Shown here one piece after another: positions 63,434-64,000 of a stretch of DNA of 64,000 nt; the stretch's first letter is position 1; every line of letters begins with the position of its first letter. Location of the stretch: positions 23,389 through 87,388 of the forward strand of contig CAYWOC010000005.1 of the NCBI GenBank assembly GCA_964459845.1, in the 5' to 3' direction. The DNA comes from an uncultured Muribaculaceae bacterium (GTDB taxonomy: Bacteria; Bacteroidota; Bacteroidia; Bacteroidales; Muribaculaceae). The notes under the pieces were generated by a model. That model had not been told where the DNA came from, did not search any database, and saw only the letters and a program-made list of their open reading frames with translations. The position numbers were made by a program, and so were the translations under genes.

Positions 63434-64000
63434 TCAATCGTTTATAATTCTGAATTTAGCAAATTTGAGCAGCAGGGTCTTTGTGCCGATGTCGCTGAAA
63501 CTTACCACAATTTTTGCATCGGCACCCGAGGTGTCGATTTGCGAGACAATGCCGTTGCCGAAGCGTGAGTGCTCGATTCGGCATCCTTCGGTTAGCTCGC
63601 CAGCCGAGTGCGAGGAGTAGTCGCCGTTGGCAGATGTCGTTGCTGGAGCTTTGTCTGCAACTGTAGCCCTTGAAGCTGCGATAGCCGCCGAATTGAGGCG
63701 CACTCGCGAGCGAGGCTCGTCGCTCAGCCGTGGCATGTCGCTTATGCGCTCGTAGGCAGGAGCTTGGCGGAAGTCGTTGAGGTACATGCTGCGCTCGTCG
63801 TCGAAGTCGTCGTGGCGCAGCGACTGGCGTGGAGTGCCGCCGCCCATCGCTGCTGCCGCTGATGAATTGGCGTTCAGATATCGAGGGTCGATGTCACGGA
63901 TGAAACGGCTCATCACACACTCTTTCGTCTGTCCGTTTTTGTAGCGCGACTTGGCGTAGGTTATCATGCAGGTGCTTTTGGCGCGTGTTATTGCCACATA
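63434..64000 (-). CDS. C-terminal part of a UvrD/PcrA/Rep-family ATP-dependent DNA helicase; the 5' end lies outside the window
   Basis: The frame is open to the window edge. Helicase motif VI is AITRAK. The low-complexity linker is typical of Bacteroidales, and the C-terminal domain is Tudor-like (GCRIEHSRFGNGIVSQI...). Confidence 0.8.
   Translation of the reverse strand, partial: YVAITRAKSTCMITYAKSRYKNGQTKECVMSRFIRDIDPRYLNANSSAAAAMGGGTPRQSLRHDDFDDERSMYLNDFRQAPAYERISDMPRLSDEPRSRVRLNSAAIAASRATVADKAPATTSANGDYSSHSAGELTEGCRIEHSRFGNGIVSQIDTSGADAKIVVSFSDIGTKTLLLKFAKFRIIND

Noticed and set aside
1-64000. A whole-window check for CRISPR arrays, rRNA genes, IS elements or transposases, and large direct or inverted repeats
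   Set aside because: No regularly spaced repeat array, no rRNA-like sequence and no transposase-like ORF was seen. The only recombinase is the frameshifted one at 32740..33545. The only notable duplication is the diverged protein-level one at 48150..54799. This was a by-eye search, so short or degenerate repeats could have been missed.

Overview
This looks like a chromosomal segment from a Bacteroidota (Bacteroidales-like) genome. Supporting signs are T9SS C-terminal sorting domains, SusC-type TonB receptor architecture, TTTG-N19-21-TAnnTTTG promoter motifs and an nqr operon. All calls rest on motif recognition by eye; no searches or statistics were run.

Most of the window is ordinary core genome. 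In order it holds:
- the 3' end of a large CarboxypepD_reg-type protein
- a complete nqrFEDCBA operon (minus strand)
- exbB-exbD-exbD-tonB followed by a small membrane protein, an orphan PstS-like protein and a TPR protein
- a T9SS-targeted S8 peptidase
- rmuC, a DUF695-like gene, and TetR plus fabG
- an odd small membrane protein, tRNA-Leu(UAG), a START-like gene, a CPBP protease and a DUF4251-like gene
- ligA, rlmH, nadC, a HAD hydrolase, a small 2-TM protein and a DUF4886-like gene
- a Gp49/RelE-type toxin with an XRE antitoxin, and a FAD oxidoreductase
- a frameshifted tyrosine recombinase next to an hsdS core fragment
- a TonB-dependent receptor with a large lipoprotein
- an NlpC/P60 peptidase, comEC, aroE, an AmiC-like SPOR amidase and mlaD
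- dnaA and hemW
- a four-gene operon of two diverged [beta-propeller + T9SS Amidase_3] modules
- a DJ-1 family protein, apbE and an RNase G/E homolog
- a 29-aa bS22-like micro-ORF (absent from the ORF track) and HU
- a YjjG-like HAD, a TM2 protein, fprA, nspC and the 3' end of a uvrD/pcrA-like helicase

I saw no rRNA, CRISPR array or intact mobile element.

The most interesting item is the duplicated secreted-amidase/beta-propeller operon at 48150..54799. It could be an effector plus periplasmic-inhibitor arrangement. Smaller curiosities are:
- a decayed recombinase/hsdS remnant
- a toxin-antitoxin pair whose best promoter match overlaps the toxin start codon
- a Cys/Asp/Tyr-rich repeat-tailed small protein
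- a structured spacer upstream of the RNase G/E gene
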